Origin: Harriotta raleighana
Lineage: Eukaryota
Assembly: GCA_050575255.1 (NCBI GenBank)
Contig: JBNZDD010013599.1
Coordinates: forward strand, 1,801,053 to 1,865,052
DNA: 64,000 nucleotides
Reading direction: 5' to 3'
This document shows positions 22,366-36,489 of this stretch, in pieces (positions within the stretch are counted from its first letter, which is position 1; each line of letters opens with the position of its first letter). The notes under the pieces were generated by a model. It ran no database searches and was not told the origin of the DNA. It saw only the letters and a list, made by a program, of their open reading frames with translations. Made by a program: the position numbers and the translations under genes.

Positions 22366-25300
22366 ACCCCATTTCCAGCTTCTTTACGTTCTTCAGATAG
22401 TATAAATAACAGTACATTTTTAATGGTGAGAGATTTATTTTGCTGCTTTAATGATCATTTTCTCGTCTTTTCGCCCTAAATATTTGTACTATTTATTTCA
22501 TTCACTAACCTAACTGATGTTTTGGTAGCCTAAGGCTTTAGGCAACTATGACATTCAGTCTCAGCTCTCAACACTAATGTTTTTGGAGATTATTTTATTG
22601 CAGTTTTTGAAATACCAGTAGTCAGCTAGAAATTATTTCGACCATTTAAGAATAAATATATTAATTCCTTCAAAATCAATGAATACAACGGTTGGTTCCG
22701 AGTTACATAATATTGTTCTTCAGCCAAACATACTAGAGCTAAGGGCAAAGAAGTAGGAACAATTTAATTATTGTACTCTGCATTAACTATTCAACATTAA
22801 ATTATAATAGACCTCATGAAGAGATATTCAGAATTACAAACTCTAACAAGCCACCCATTAACTCTGGCACTGTGGCTTTGCAGAAAAGTAATAAAATTAG
22901 CGATCTTTCCCTCACATCCCATTATATGCAAGTAATGAAAAGATCGCTTTGAAGATCACCATTTATAATAATCAGCTTGTGATAAAACTCTTTCTAGTGC
23001 TTCCTGCATGTCACAGGAGTCAATGAAAGAATGAATGATAACAGTGATTGTCCAGATTGTGGTTGGGACTGTGACCCCTCAGAAGAAAAGGGATCCGTAT
23101 ATTGTTGTTGCAATGTTGTGGGAATTGGACTCATCGGAATAGACAAGTGTCAATCAAACTCTTCAAAGAGCATCGAAATCAGTAGTGGCTACCCTTTCTC
23201 CTTTTCATATGTTTTGTTCGATTCCCATTTGTACAGGAGAGAAATTCAATTTGTTTTAATTCAACATTAGACGGACAGGCTTACGGCTATTCCTGCTGCC
23301 ACCGTGGTTTTTTACATGAATAAATCAAAAGAGTTTGGAAGATTTTGAGGTTTGGGGAATACACTCGGAAGAGATGAAATGCAACATTCTGCTTTGTTTC
23401 TACGGGACAGTTTCCAACGCAGTTTCCAAAACTAAAACTCACCTCACTTACAGGATGATATGGCATGAGCTATGTTTCAATGCCAGAGACAAGTTTAGAC
23501 GACTGATGGAAAGAAGTTAATGAATAGCAGATTATGGTCGTGACATTTGGCGAAGGCTAAAAGCCTAAAGAAGAGAATACTCTTAGACATGATGACATTA
23601 TGGGCAATATACAATAATTTATGAAATATTAATGACCTAGCAATAGAACTAAAAGCACAAATGAATCTGATAGAGAAATAATGTCACATTTCCCTGTCAT
23701 GTATGCAAAGGGTACTATGATTTCCGAAGCACCTATTGAAATGGACAGGATCTATAATGTTCACTGTCTTGGAGGGAGTGCTCTTCTGGGCTTGATTCCT
23801 TTCATGAAACATACAGACAAGGCATTTCATTTATTGGAGCAGCCAGAGCAGCAGAAATGACTTTAGCAGAAAGAAGCGCAGCTGCTGAATTCAATCGATG
23901 AATGGACCATAGAGGAGACACAGCGCAGAGTTTCTGAGGAACTTTCACACGTTCATCAAATGAATGGAAGGCCAGTTCTGCTCCATTTACCGATCCGAGG
24001 ATCCACTACACTAGGACTTAGAAACTTCAATGAGTTCAAGCAAATACTCCGTTCAAATACTGGAATTGATCAGAATTGGCGTTTCCGGATTCTATTACTC
24101 AATTTCATTAAGCGATTAAAAGGCTAGGGTATTTTAATTGAATGTAACTGGGTTTAAAATGCTCCCGACCTGCATGGAATTACCAAGAGTAACATCTTGG
24201 TGATATTTCAACCTCTTGTAGAACCCACTTCCTTGAGTAGATCTACAGTTTCCTATTTATTTGCTTCACACCAGTCACAAAGAATACTGGAGCCTTTGAA
24301 CCATAGCTGACAAGAGCCCAGTGCTTCAGAAGAGAGAAAAGTTGTAGATTTTTTTAAAAATGAGTGTAAATTATAGTGCTTTGACATATGTGAAATGTTA
24401 ATGGATTTATTCAACCAGATAGTGCATTTCTATCAACTGCAAATTCCTCATAGATTAAATTTTATGGGCATTGAGTAATCTACTGCTATGGTTAGGGCAA
24501 CATAACAAGAATGATTCAATTCTGTTCCTTATTCATTCACCAGCGAATAGAAAGTATGCTCAAGTGTAGTCCTAGGTGGTTTAAAATAATTTTGCTGGTG
24601 GTTACAGAATCAATACCGCAATAAACAAGAGCCACAAGTGTCTGAAATTGGAATTTGCTTCGCACTAAAACTAATATTTCGAGTGCGGTTTTGGGGTCAG
24701 CAATGCACTAAAAACACATTGCAGACACTGAAGTGATGCGAAACTTTGCGGGATTTGAGTCACTGATGATTTAGTAGCATGGTACATCTTTAGGAAATAC
24801 GTACACTCTTCATTCCTCTCAATCTAATCCGCAAATGTCTCTCCAAAGCAGGAATGGCAAGAACTCCACACTCAATTGACATTGGTGAAGTCCCATTGAA
24901 GTAAAATGGCAGTTTATCTGGTTCGAGCACTGTGTGAATTTACAGCTTGCTTTGCGAATTTACACTCAAGACTTCACTATTCCAGAAATGAAAGGGTAAA
25001 ATCATCCTTGTGCCCCTGGGAGTGATAAAATGTTCTTAATTGGTGCTGTGCTTAGCGTAGGCAAACTGGGAACCCTGAAGGAACCAAAGTACTAATAAGC
25101 ACCAGTTGCATAAGTATCATTTTAATACTATAATAAAGGTATGTTTAATATTAAAATGAACGTATGCATATTAAATGCATGTTTATTATACTATTAAAAT
25201 GATAACGGAATATTTGAGGAGCTTAATTGCTGTAATAGTCCTGTTTATTTTCAATCTCACATGGTATGAACTGGGCACTTCCCACAAACCCCAGCCACAA

Positions 25301-26090
25301 GAGTCGGGTGTTTTCCTCAGACCTGACTTCCACTTGAACGGGTTAATCTTGTCTGACCCAGAGTGACAGGAAAATGAAACTGTAGTATTTTGGAGTCTGT
25401 GTGCGTAGCCAAGTAAAGGTCATTTGGATTTTATTTTAACATTATTGCTTGGAGTGGTTGGTGCAGCCTTGAGCGACAATGCAATTGATATTTTGCTCAG
25501 AGGCTGGCTGACCCGATCAGTGAGGGAATCATACTCTAATGTTGTATTATGTGTTACATCCTTACATTCTACATCTAGCAGTGTTTAGAGATTTTCATCA
25601 ACAATACCGAATGATAAAGCTAGCTAGCACTGCGCTAAAGCTTTTTTCTATTAAAACTGTAAATCTCAGTGCTATTGTAAGTGTTCCTTTATCCACAGAT
25701 CCCCTCCCATTACTCCCCCCTAATTTTCTGAAGGTATTTTGAATGTGCATTCCCTTAAAATCCTAATTTGATGAAAAAAATATGTGTGGATCGATATCAG
25801 AGGAAAGGTATTGTGTTGTTTCTGTTTATTTTCAGATCCTCAAAGGAGTGCAATCTTTCCCAACCCCATACATCCCCATACATGACCTGTGATTGATTAA
25901 CAGTGAAGTGATAGATTAAAAAGGAGAAGAAATAGTTCGGAAATAGCGAAAAACGAATCAGATAATAGAGCTATGATGAAATAGAAGGGAAAGAAAATCT
26001 CCAAATTCAAATTGCGTAAAATTAAATAATCCTTATGATTGATTNAGAGCTTTTCCTTTTGGGGTGGGTGGGAGGGGGAGGGGTGGGGGG

Positions 26091-26156
26091 ATGTCCCAAA
26101 GCACTTCACAGTACATACTGTAAAGTGTAGTGATTGTGTATTTTCTAGTGAACATG
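26091..26156 (-). mobile_element. SINE 3' fragment
   Basis: atgtcccaaagcacttcacagtacatactgtaaagtgtagtgattgtgtatttt. Confidence 0.65.
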
Positions 26157-26772
26157 CTGATTTGGACTGGAAGTTACTATATTTTACTTTAAGATCTATA
26201 ATATTGACCTGCTTCCTCCACTGTTGTTTGTCTGAATCAATGCCTTAAGTGTTAAAAATACATTTATAAAGATATACATAGCATACCAATCCCATCCACA
26301 TGTATTTCACTTATTTACTATTACCGATACACATGATTTAATGCACAGTACACNTCTTAGCATTTCACTTATTTACTATTACCGATACACATGATTTAAT
26401 GCACAGTACACGAATAACATCACTGAGAATAATTCGATGCAGTAACTGAGTTACAAAAATAAAAGATTCATTCCTGAAGTGGAGGAAATATTTTCTGACA
26501 AATTTGATACTGATGCATCGTGTTGCGTTTGGCCCTGTATTTTATTTATCTCTGTTGATCAGGCAACGTAAAAACAATTACAACTTGGATATGCACTTTC
26601 TCTATTGCATACTGTGAAATAAAACCCTATATAAATGCTTCGTTGATAATGATCTTTAAGTAGCTTAAACACAATCAAACAATCTGTTGATGTTCATTAA
26701 AAAATACTTCCATTGTAAACGGGTCACCCGTTTAATCACAAAAATAAGAATGATCGATCTCTGGAGTTGATA

Positions 26773-26845
26773 TCAGAAAGACGTCTCATTATGCTTCACA
26801 GGATATACCGCAACGTGTAGTGACTGTGTATTTGCTAGGCAGATT
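26773..26845 (-). mobile_element. SINE 3' fragment
   Basis: agacgtctc..gcttcacaggatataccgcaacgtgtagtgactgtgtatttg. Confidence 0.55.
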
Positions 26846-27357
26846 CATCCTTTTCAATTGTAAACTGGAGTGAATATTGTACACGCACTAAAAAGCACAG
26901 TTGAGACAGTAACGTCTTAAGAGTTCAGAGCACATTAATAATCTGCTGGAGCATCATTCTAGTCCTGTACGATGTCACCTGAACTGTCTCACACAATAAT
27001 CTTTATATAATTGTAATGCAGTGATTCATGATGTATTTCATTGGGGATGAAACCAACCATCTTGTAGCCTTTAACTCATTTTCTATGCAACTCTATCTCC
27101 CTCTTACATGTAACAAAGGGGCTTCAATTTTGCACTCAATGACATGACATAATTTATCCTACCCATTTGGAGTCTACCTATGCGTGGAGCATTGCATTCC
27201 TGCTTTATGGTATCATCTGAACCCTTAACTTCGGTAACTGCCTTCCAATGTGTTCCTTCCAATGTGTTATTGTGCATTGTACTCTGCGAGTTTGTCATGA
27301 AATCATGGCAGAATGACATGCAACGGATGGATCGGAGTAAATGTTTTGCTGTTAAGA

Positions 27358-27541
27358 GAGCAGCCAATTGCACACAGACGTGTCCCACAAACAGCTGTGG
27401 ATTGGAACAGTCAATTTTCTCTTAGAGGGATTATGATCAGGCGTGTGGAGTGAAGGAAACTGGCCCACGGTTTCACCCCTGTATGGGTTTGAACCCACGT
27501 CTCTCGCTTGTAAGGCGAGAGTGCTCTAACCACTGGACTCC
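27358..27541 (-). mobile_element. tRNA-derived SINE, 5' two-thirds
   Basis: gcagccaattgcacacag..gtcccacaaacag..caggcgtgtggagtgaaggaaact..ttgaaccc..aaggcgagagtgctctaaccact. Confidence 0.88.
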
Positions 27542-28178
27542 GCTCTGCTCTGCTCTTTGTGTTGACAAAGCTGAGACACGTGGCTTCAGGCAAACTTGCT
27601 GCCATTCCGCATTGCAATCTATCACCCTCCGTGTTGCAATGTATCACGTTGGAACTGAGGACAAACCCACAAGCGAAACTGATGTTGCTTTATTTCCCCC
27701 AAATAGGGAATTAACTGGCCCCGGTTAATCGGCGAAATGAGCCTTCCAGCTCTTCTTTTCTCGTCGCTCTGATACAGATTACACTGATAAATGCTTGGAA
27801 AAATCAAAAGGCCTTTTACCGGATGGACACTGCGTCACGAGCGAAAACCAAACTATCTGCAAAATGTTCAAAAATTGAGCTTATTTCGTAGATATATGAG
27901 CATCACAGACACAAAATGCAAAGTGTCCATCAGCAAGTCACGTCAATACGCCTCCCATCACTTAACATGTGGCCCATGGAGAGTTTTATTCTGTGTGAAA
28001 CAGCTTGAGATTTGGGTTTGAAAGTCGCCCAATTGGAAAGAGTGGAGCCCGGCTCGGATGTATGAATAATGCTTTGCTGTATCAGAGCAATGTGTGTTTT
28101 GTCAATGGACGAAAGCGTAACATTAAGATGTGGGAAGGGACTGGTGGTGGAGGTGGGGGTGGGAGGGGGGGGGGGGGG

Positions 28179-28202
28179 NNNNNNNNNNNNNNNNNNNNNN
28201 NN
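28179..28202. other. Assembly gap (24 N) next to a poly-G tract
   Basis: Run of N characters. Confidence 0.99.
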
Positions 28203-31200
28203 CCACCACCACTCCCTTCAAATTGCAAATGGAACACATCTCTATTTCTTTTATTGTTGCTATTTTATGCATCGCAGAACATGTGATGGAAGTAACGTCA
28301 GGATTCAGAAAAAGGTGCTTCTGAAAGATGAGCAGGCCAGATGCCAGGAATGGATTCAGCGATGTGGACAATTACAGTGTTTAGCGTCACGTTCGACAAT
28401 GTGTCACCCTTGGTGCCTTTCACAAAGGCTTCGTTAAACGATGCGTTTCGCTTGACCCCCCCCAAACCCGGATTTTCCTTTCTCCGGCGGCCAGGAGTTT
28501 TACACGGAGGCCGGCAGCTCGACGTCACGTGTCAATGAAATGCCTCCATTTTGGAGAGATTCTCCAAACCACTTCCGCGACAAGTTGCACGCGGCTTGAC
28601 GGTACAAGGCGGGGACCTGGCGAAGGAACTGTACGCGAAGCCACGGAAAGTACTTGCCAGATGAGATGCGGAAATTGCTTGTTTACCCCCCCCCCCCCCC
28701 CCCCCTTCCCCCCCGTCTACTCTTGCATTCTACTGTTGTTTCGATCGGGGGTTGTATTTCTTATTTACGAGCACCCTTTTAAAAGTAGCAATGCAACAAA
28801 TGGGTCCTCAGTGGGAGAAAATAAATATGGACGATTCAATTTACTGTACACTATGGAGACAAAGTGCCTTCCTCGGTGATGTGTGGGCGATTGTTAGCAT
28901 ATTTATTGTCGGCATTACACACAGAACCACGTATGGTGAGGCATTTTTAGTATTTCACCCGGATAAAGTCATCAATAACTTCTACCGGCAGCTTTTTTTG
29001 TGTCGGGCTGAAGCCTCGACAGACGGCCAGCCAGCCTCAGCAAACTGCCAGGACCAAGTTGGAGTGCTGAAGGGATAGTGTAGTCGGCCGCCGCTATAAT
29101 TCATCTGTAAAATCCTAGCCCTGAAACACCGAGACCTCAGCTGGAGACAAATCACCATCAGAGAGCGAGAGAAATTACTACTGGCAGCCGGTATAAAACA
29201 TTTACTACCTTATCATCTGGATTTAATTCATTTTCACCATGATTGAAGTGCAAAATGAAATAAAATGTACTTTTTTATTGCTGGATGGCTTATCCAGCAA
29301 GACGGCATTGGCCTGTGTTTAACACCCAGGGCTCTGTAAGTCACAGTCGTATGGGTTTTAGAGGGACTGCAGATCTAAAGTGCAGATTAGTTTTATTCTT
29401 CCAGGAGTTACAAGCTAATATTTCAATGGAAGTAACCGAGGAGACGCAATCGTTCCTTCCATACGTTTGTAACTGATTGAAACGACGGCGGAGGAGAAGA
29501 TTGCTTCCAGTTCCTCGCTATTCGCTTTTGTGCCTGCAAACATATGGAAGTTATTTTCCGCAGGTAAAATATCCACCATCATTGTAAAGTCCACAGCGGA
29601 GAATGTGCACTCCACTGCCTGCGTGTTTGACTTCACGAAGTCGAGCCTTGCTTGGTGAATTGGCTTTGTTCATAGCTTTTCAGAAGGTAAACAAACATAT
29701 CTGGACCCATGTTCCCACTTGAACAGGGCTCGAGGAACCCAGTCATTCAGCCCGCAGCTCTCACTGAGAGTTTAAACTGAAGGGAAGAAATCAAACAGAT
29801 GCATTCTGGACGTCTCCGCAGCACAGAGAGTGCTTCTAGCTGAATGTCTATTGAATGTTTCTGGTTTTATTTATATTTTTGCATTGACAATGTTTGATTT
29901 TTGCCAGCTCAAAACACCCTTAGACTCCCAGCTCCTCCAGGGGATTTAGTTTTTGTTCGTGAGGCCTCAAATCACTCGCTGCTAAGCTGGTTCCTGTCCA
30001 TCTGTTTAGGTGCAATACTTCCATATTAAAAGGGGAGCATTCTTGTCTCTCTTACAAGAGGGTCAGTAAATAGGAGAGGACAGTGATTTCATTGGTTCCA
30101 CATTGTAACGTTATCGCAACGCTGATTATGTTCCGACATTAAAAATGCTCTCGGTTTGAGGCTGGTTTCAACGAAAAATCAAAAGGGAACTTAGATTGTG
30201 CGTCATCTGCCACTGCCCTGGTTCCTCGCTGGCTTCAGTAGGAGGCAGCTGCGATCAGAAGAGATCACAGGGACAGAGGGATGGATTGGCATTTGACCTC
30301 ATCCTTCCAGAATGTGATCGAATGTTAAACCTCCACTCAATGCCAAAAGCAATATGCGTTTTAAAAGGATCAGAAGGAGCAACACATGGTTTGCATAACA
30401 AAACATACTTTGCAGATCATTGCATCATTGCGTCATACGTGTTAAACACTATTCTGATACGTATGATCAAGACATAACTTGGTATATTACTATATTAAAT
30501 GACAGGGGCGTTAAAATACGCTTTTAATTATTCTCTGTGATGCAAAGAGTCGAACATGAATTGTTTGCTCACGTGAAACACAACGACTTGCATTTGTACA
30601 TTTATTTATACAGCCACTCACACTCGAGTGTGGCGGAATATTCATTCTTATTATTATTGGTAACACTAATACTTGTTCTCTGCGAACTGGAAATTCCATG
30701 CGCAATAACAAGTGGACTATTAAATGACGCAGGAAAGGAACTGTGGGGGTATTTTTGGGGGGTTTCCAATTATTTTTTTCATCCTCCCCATGTGGGTGCT
30801 GAATGCCATCCAGTCCCTCGAGCAAATCTCCGTGCCTGCGTAACCGCCAAGGGAGTCGTTCTAGCCAAGTGTTCTGTCCCGACCAGTGTCCACACACAAA
30901 GTACTTTCTGGCAAGAGTGACTGGATAGCAATCAGGAGCAGGCACATCGATCGATTTTCTCTCCAGCCAAGCACAGAGCAATTTGCATTCCATTCTGAAT
31001 CCATTTTCAGGGTTATTCTCATTCGTTTTCTTTTTCTCTCGCCTAAAACACGATCTGCTCATTTCGAATTACGATGCCCAACCAGTGAAGGGCAAAATGC
31101 CCCCCCCACCTCACCCCACCCGACCTCACCAAGTGGGCGGCAATTAAGCAAAGTTCGCCAAGATCACTTAATGACGAAGTCTTCCCTCTTGGAGGAAAGG

Positions 31201-31945
31201 TGGGGGAAGGAGGGAGGGAGGGAGGGGGTTAGTGGAGGGGATGGGGGGAACGAAGGGAGGGGGAGATGGGGGAAGCATTTGCCTAAAATTTTTATCTGTG
31301 AAAACTGGAGCAAACTGTTCAGGCCAAAATATTCAACAGGATTGAAATACAACAAGCGATTTAGTATAAAGCTGGACCTCTGTGGTGCAAAATATCACGA
31401 GAAGAGCAATTGTCACAGCTGTAAGTTGCAGCCACTCTCCGTGGAGTGCACAATATTCATCTCTTTAAGTGATTTCCGTGCTTTGGTTTATTTAAATAAA
31501 TCTGATTTTGATAGATAAATGGCAGACCCAGCCAAGCATCCGTCTACCTCAGCGTGCACTCAGAGATTGGGAGTGACTTTCTGTTTACATGCCACAAATC
31601 ATTTGTTATGTCCCATTCATTGCATAAATTGTTATTGAGCTTGCATGAGTACGCAGTGGCTGTCAATCCTCTAATGCTTGAAGAAAAATAACCCTGCCAC
31701 TGGGAATCATTTCTTAAAAGTAATCACTGGCATTATCATTACAGTTCAAAAGAAAACAACTCAAATGGCTTTTTTAACGGCAGGAAATGCCATGACCTGG
31801 GACCCAGTGACGGTGGGGGTTAGACCACATTCACACTGGTGTCTTTCAGCGTTCAGTTTGGGACTAATTCACTGTTTCACATGTAACTCCCCGACACAGT
31901 GACCAAAAGTGTGGGCCAATGTGAGCATTTTAATCACACTGTGAT

Positions 31946-31968
31946 ACACACACACACACACACACACA
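31946..31968. repeat. (CA)n microsatellite
   Basis: acacacacacacacacacacaca. Confidence 0.95.
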
Positions 31969-32519
31969 GTATCACATACAATACACACATACTCCCCACT
32001 AACGGAGTACTCTATAAATGAATCAAGGCTGTGGATATTCCAGCGTTCATTTTCAGAGTGTACCCTGACAATCGTTCATCAGATATAAAGCCATGTTTAT
32101 GTTTTTATTTGCGGGTAAAATATTTCCCATTCATGTTTTAAGAAATGAGAATAATCTGCATCATCGAAACTGCGAATTTGCTTGTAAATGTGATGCATAA
32201 ATCCAACCTTGTGCACAATGCAGAAGCAGTTAAGACTGCAGCCTCTTACGTTTGTAAGTGCAATTTATTTTTATTATAATCTGGAGTTATTGAATGACGA
32301 TGGCTGATACAGTTACGACGATCGCACTACGGCTGGGTCATCAGAGGTTGGAAAGTTGGAGAATGAAGGATGATTTTTGTACGCCTTTTTATGCCACAAA
32401 AACATTAAACGTGTCATTGAAAAATCCTTCGCTCGATGGTCAGCTCCAGACAACAATCAAGTATACGGTCATGTAATTTGGCTGTGGACCTCTGACCTAT
32501 AGTAAATGGATGTTTCTCG

Positions 32520-32770
32520 GAATGGCTGAAAGTAGTTAGTGACATACCCAAGGGATCGACGCAGAGATCTTTATTATTTCCCATCTATATTAATGATTTG
32601 GAAATGGAATGAGGTCTAAATATTCTGATGATTCTAAATGACAGAGTATATTGGCAAACTGTGAGGAAGAAGCGAGGGAGTGCAGTAAGACATAAACTGT
32701 GGAGGAGAGTGGGCAAGTAGGTGGCAAATGAAGATTAACGTTCCGAAATGTCAAGTTGAAATTTTTTTAC
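32520..32770 (+). mobile_element. Decayed CR1 reverse-transcriptase fragment
   Basis: agtgacatacccaagggatcg..atctatattaatgatttggaa translates SDIPKGSTQRSLLFPIYINDLE (cf. SGVPQGSVLGPLLF.IYINDL), then tctgatgattctaaa (cf. ADDTK) and gagtgggcaagtaggtggcaaatgaag (EWASRWQMK). Confidence 0.8.
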
Positions 32771-34889
32771 AAGAACAACAAAGTTACACTTAAAGAGTTC
32801 CTTTCACGCTGGGACTGATTATAAGGCACTGATTATAAATCACGATTTCTTAATTTTAGTGGAAAAGAACGAGTACAGTGAGATACACAAGTCAAAATAC
32901 AGTGTGTGATAATTATCAGATTGTGGGGCCATTCCCGCACCTAGAAACAATCCAGTTGATAACTTCAATATAGGAATACCTCCGCTGACTTTCTTCGAAG
33001 GGTTTTGCTCAAAAGCTAGTGAGCTAATGTTATTGGTGGTCCTTTGTTCCTGTTGCCTATTCTGATCCCAGGATTTCAGGGTGAGATCAGGAACTTTAAC
33101 ACAACTTTAAAAGGTGTTTTTTTTGCGGGGGTGGGGGGGGTGGGGGGGGGTGTGTGGGGGGCAGGTTCGCACTTACACTCACTCTTTAATTGTCAACTGG
33201 ATAATATTTTTAAAACAGATTTGATGAAACATTGAATCAATTCAGAATTGTATTCCACTCTATTCTTTGATTTGTGTGGAAATAGATTTCTCTTCTAACT
33301 ACTCTCTGCTGTACTGATGTGATCGTGTTTTAAGCTTATACTGAATGCAAAAGTGTTTCACTTGTAAAGAGTGAAGAGAGACCTTACATTGACAAGCACA
33401 GAGTTCACCTCCATAGACGGAGAAAGGGAGGGTTGAGGTTTGCATCTTGCAGTGATGTGTTTGATCTATAATTATTATTAGTAGTGTTGAGTTTGATCTA
33501 ACCCTGGAATGTGTGGTAGGAGGCTAAAATGGAGGAAGATTATCTGATTTTTCTGCAAGAGTTTAAAATGAAGATACTGTAGAAACTTGTGTAGTCAACG
33601 TATCTGGGGATTGTGGAGAAAGTGCGATTAAACATCATAAAGAGATGTCCCCTTTTAGTCTGATGGGAATAGGCACAGAGTTCAACTCAAAATCAGCGTC
33701 TGTTCATCAAGAGGTCCATTTCTCAACCGCCAGGCGAATGGACAAAATACTGTACCCAGAATGGTGGGCAGTGATCGACAAAGGAGATTTAAACATCTCT
33801 CGTAGTCGCTGTCGGGTGAAAGTGAGACCTTGTCGTGTGCGCTTGTGTTTAGGTCTGTGAGTGGCAGTCCGCACACTCGGGATAGCGAAGGGGAAGAGAT
33901 CAGTTATCTTTTCTTCCACTGTAGCGGATCTATTTGGTTGCTTTGCTATGGTCTATTATGCACTGAATGAAACTAAGCTCCAGATAACGCATTGTCAAAT
34001 TTGTCAGAACATTTGCTACTCAGTGGGTTTATTATTCGCTTTCTACCTCACCCTCCGTTCTCATCAGACTTCAAAGACTGCTTGCGGTGATCTGGTTTAA
34101 AACCCTGCTGTCGTAGATATCTCTTTGAGTCAGCATGGCAATATTTAATGCCTTTCAAGGCATTAAATCCTCTGAAACCAATAGTGTGATAGCAAACACC
34201 GCTACCATTTTATTCTAAAGCACAGATAAAAGAAAAGGTGGTATTAAGTATCTAATACAATGTTATCATCTCTCAGTTAGCAGAGCTTATTGGGTGCCCC
34301 CCATCTCTCTGACCCCCAAGTCAGAAGTTCACCAGTAAGTGCAGTCGCAGAATGAGGTCTGAGTTCATCTGACGCCTCAATATCATTTTATCTAATCCCT
34401 AACGTTAAGGAGCATTAGAATACTTCCACAGGGAAAAATGAAAATTGAAAAGCATCTAATCAAAGCATGAGATCTTCCAACTGAAGCCTGGTTCTACACG
34501 GATTAAGTTGTACTCTTTTTGCAGCAAAAATTGTTCCATTTTTAAGCTAAACTGAGGGGTTTTAGGCCTTATTCAATTCATCGGGATTGACGTGTGTGTG
34601 ATCTGCCCTTTACAGAACTCCAGAGAACAGCTGTGGTTGTATGATAGTTGGTGTTTGAACATGCTTCGGAGGTCTCATCTTTTTGTTTGCGCCTTAATAG
34701 CAACTATATCAGGGGAGAAATGTACAGTATTGCACAGTATTGTATAGTATTGCGATTTTTAATTCATGTAAAATATTATTGGTCAACATCATCTACTTGT
34801 TTTTATGGTTTATATATAGCATTGCGTTTGAGATGCTGATCTGCAATAAAAATAATATTCTGTAACTTTTGATACAGCACCTTAGCATG

Positions 34890-35025
34890 TCTTTGAGACT
34901 CTCAAAGCACTTCGCAAGATATACTGTAAAGCGAATCGACTGTGTATCTTGTGGGGGCGAAACGCGGCAGCCATTTGCGCACAGCGATGTCCTTCAAACA
35001 GTCGTGGATTGAGCGACTGAATTAT
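34890..35025 (-). mobile_element. SINE 3' half
   Basis: tctcaaagcacttcgca..atactgtaaagcgaatcgactg..ggcgaaacgcggcagccatttgcgcacagc..aaacagtcgtggattga. Confidence 0.88.
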
Positions 35026-35479
35026 TTTGTTTTGCAACCGGATCTGGAGAATATGAGAGTGAAAGCCTGCAGGCCAATATTTGCTCTTTTCCTTTTTGGT
35101 TGGAAGTGTTTTCACCTCTCCTCGGATCCTCCTCTGATGCACAATGAAACTGAAATCGTGCACAGATATCTGCCACACTATCATTCCGTGCTATAACGCA
35201 TCAACGTGGCGTCACACCAGGCTCCCCGATCAGTATCTGACTCGCAGCTTGAGAAATATCTTTTGAAAACACTTCATCAGTCATCAGTGCAGAACCCAAT
35301 GATCAGAATCCCAGCAAAGAAATTGCTGTTTGATGATGAGAGATATGGTCGAGACACAATGCAGGAGTTTTAAAAAAAAAATAATAATTTGGTTCTGCTC
35401 AGCTCTGAATTACTCGCTGATTCCTCCATGTCTTCACTAGTTTTGAGATTTTATGAACCTTTTAATCCATGTAGCAAGG

Positions 35480-35765
35480 CAGCTCGGTGGTTAGAGCACT
35501 CGCCTTACGAGCGAGCGGCCTGAGTTTGATTCCAGGCAGGGCGAAACCTTAGGCAAGTTTTCTTATTCCACACGCCTGATAATAATGTCTCGAGAATTTT
35601 TTTTTTTTTAAATCGGGCATTGGAATCCACGAGTGTTTGTGGGACGCTGCTGTGCGAATTGACTGCCACGTTTTCTCCACAAGGATACAGTCAATTCACT
35701 CTACGGTATATTCAGTGACATGCTCTGAGTTGTCAAAAGCACTAAACCAATTATTATTATTATTG
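35480..35765 (+). mobile_element. tRNA-derived SINE, near full length
   Basis: agctcggtggttagagcactcgcc..gagtttgattccaggcagggcgaaacc..gtgggacgctgctgtgcgaattgactgcc, (tta)n tail. Confidence 0.92.
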
Positions 35766-36489
35766 ATAATAATCTGTTTGCTTAGAAACGAGCAATCGTA
35801 AAATTAATACATAGTTCAGGAGCCGAGTTAACAAATACTCTGTTGGGTTTTTCGATTGTCGCTCAACAATTTGTTACACACTGGATTAAACAAATGTCTG
35901 TTAAAGGATTTAATACGTCCACATTTGTTCTGGAAACCACTAACCTTTATTACATTGAACATTGTTAAGTCTGATGCTCGGCTGGAATTAAATAAAAGCG
36001 GATTTGGGAGAGCTATCCTAAGCCTCTTTGCAGAAATCTACTCCAAGAATATCCGACAAATCAGACAGTTAATCCGTGGTGTGTACAATTTAAGACCTTT
36101 TGAACTGCTTGTTGCTTGTGCGAGAAACCTGAATATAATCAAAAACACACTGACTTCTTACAGTGGATGTGCAGAAATCAAAACTTTTCAGGTTAGCAGT
36201 AAGAACCCAAAGGCAAGTGATTGACCTGGCTGAACATTTTTTTATTCTGCTTCTCTATTCTTCCTTCAGAGCAGGAGGCATGAATCATTTTTGGCTGCTG
36301 TCCCCATCCCTATTATCCGATGTTCAATCACAATCACCTCACCTCTGTTTAGTTCCCATTGGACTTTGCAGCAAGCGGGTTCAGCGCCGGGGACGTGGGG
36401 CTAAAGCATTCATTCTGTGACACTCAATCTGTTACTCACATCAGTTTTGACTAAAATTATGTCGGGCTCACTTGTGCGACTAAGGATAT

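Noticed and set aside
26303-26412. Direct repeat of about 50 bp
   Set aside because: N at 26354
30511-31518. Overlapping 127-210 aa ORFs
   Set aside because: Non-ATG starts, low-complexity G/C tracts, no recognisable domain or splice structure
36380-36400. REST/RE1-like site ttcagcgccggggacgtgggg
   Set aside because: Left half is close to TTCAGCACC but the right half departs from GGACAGCGCC after four bases
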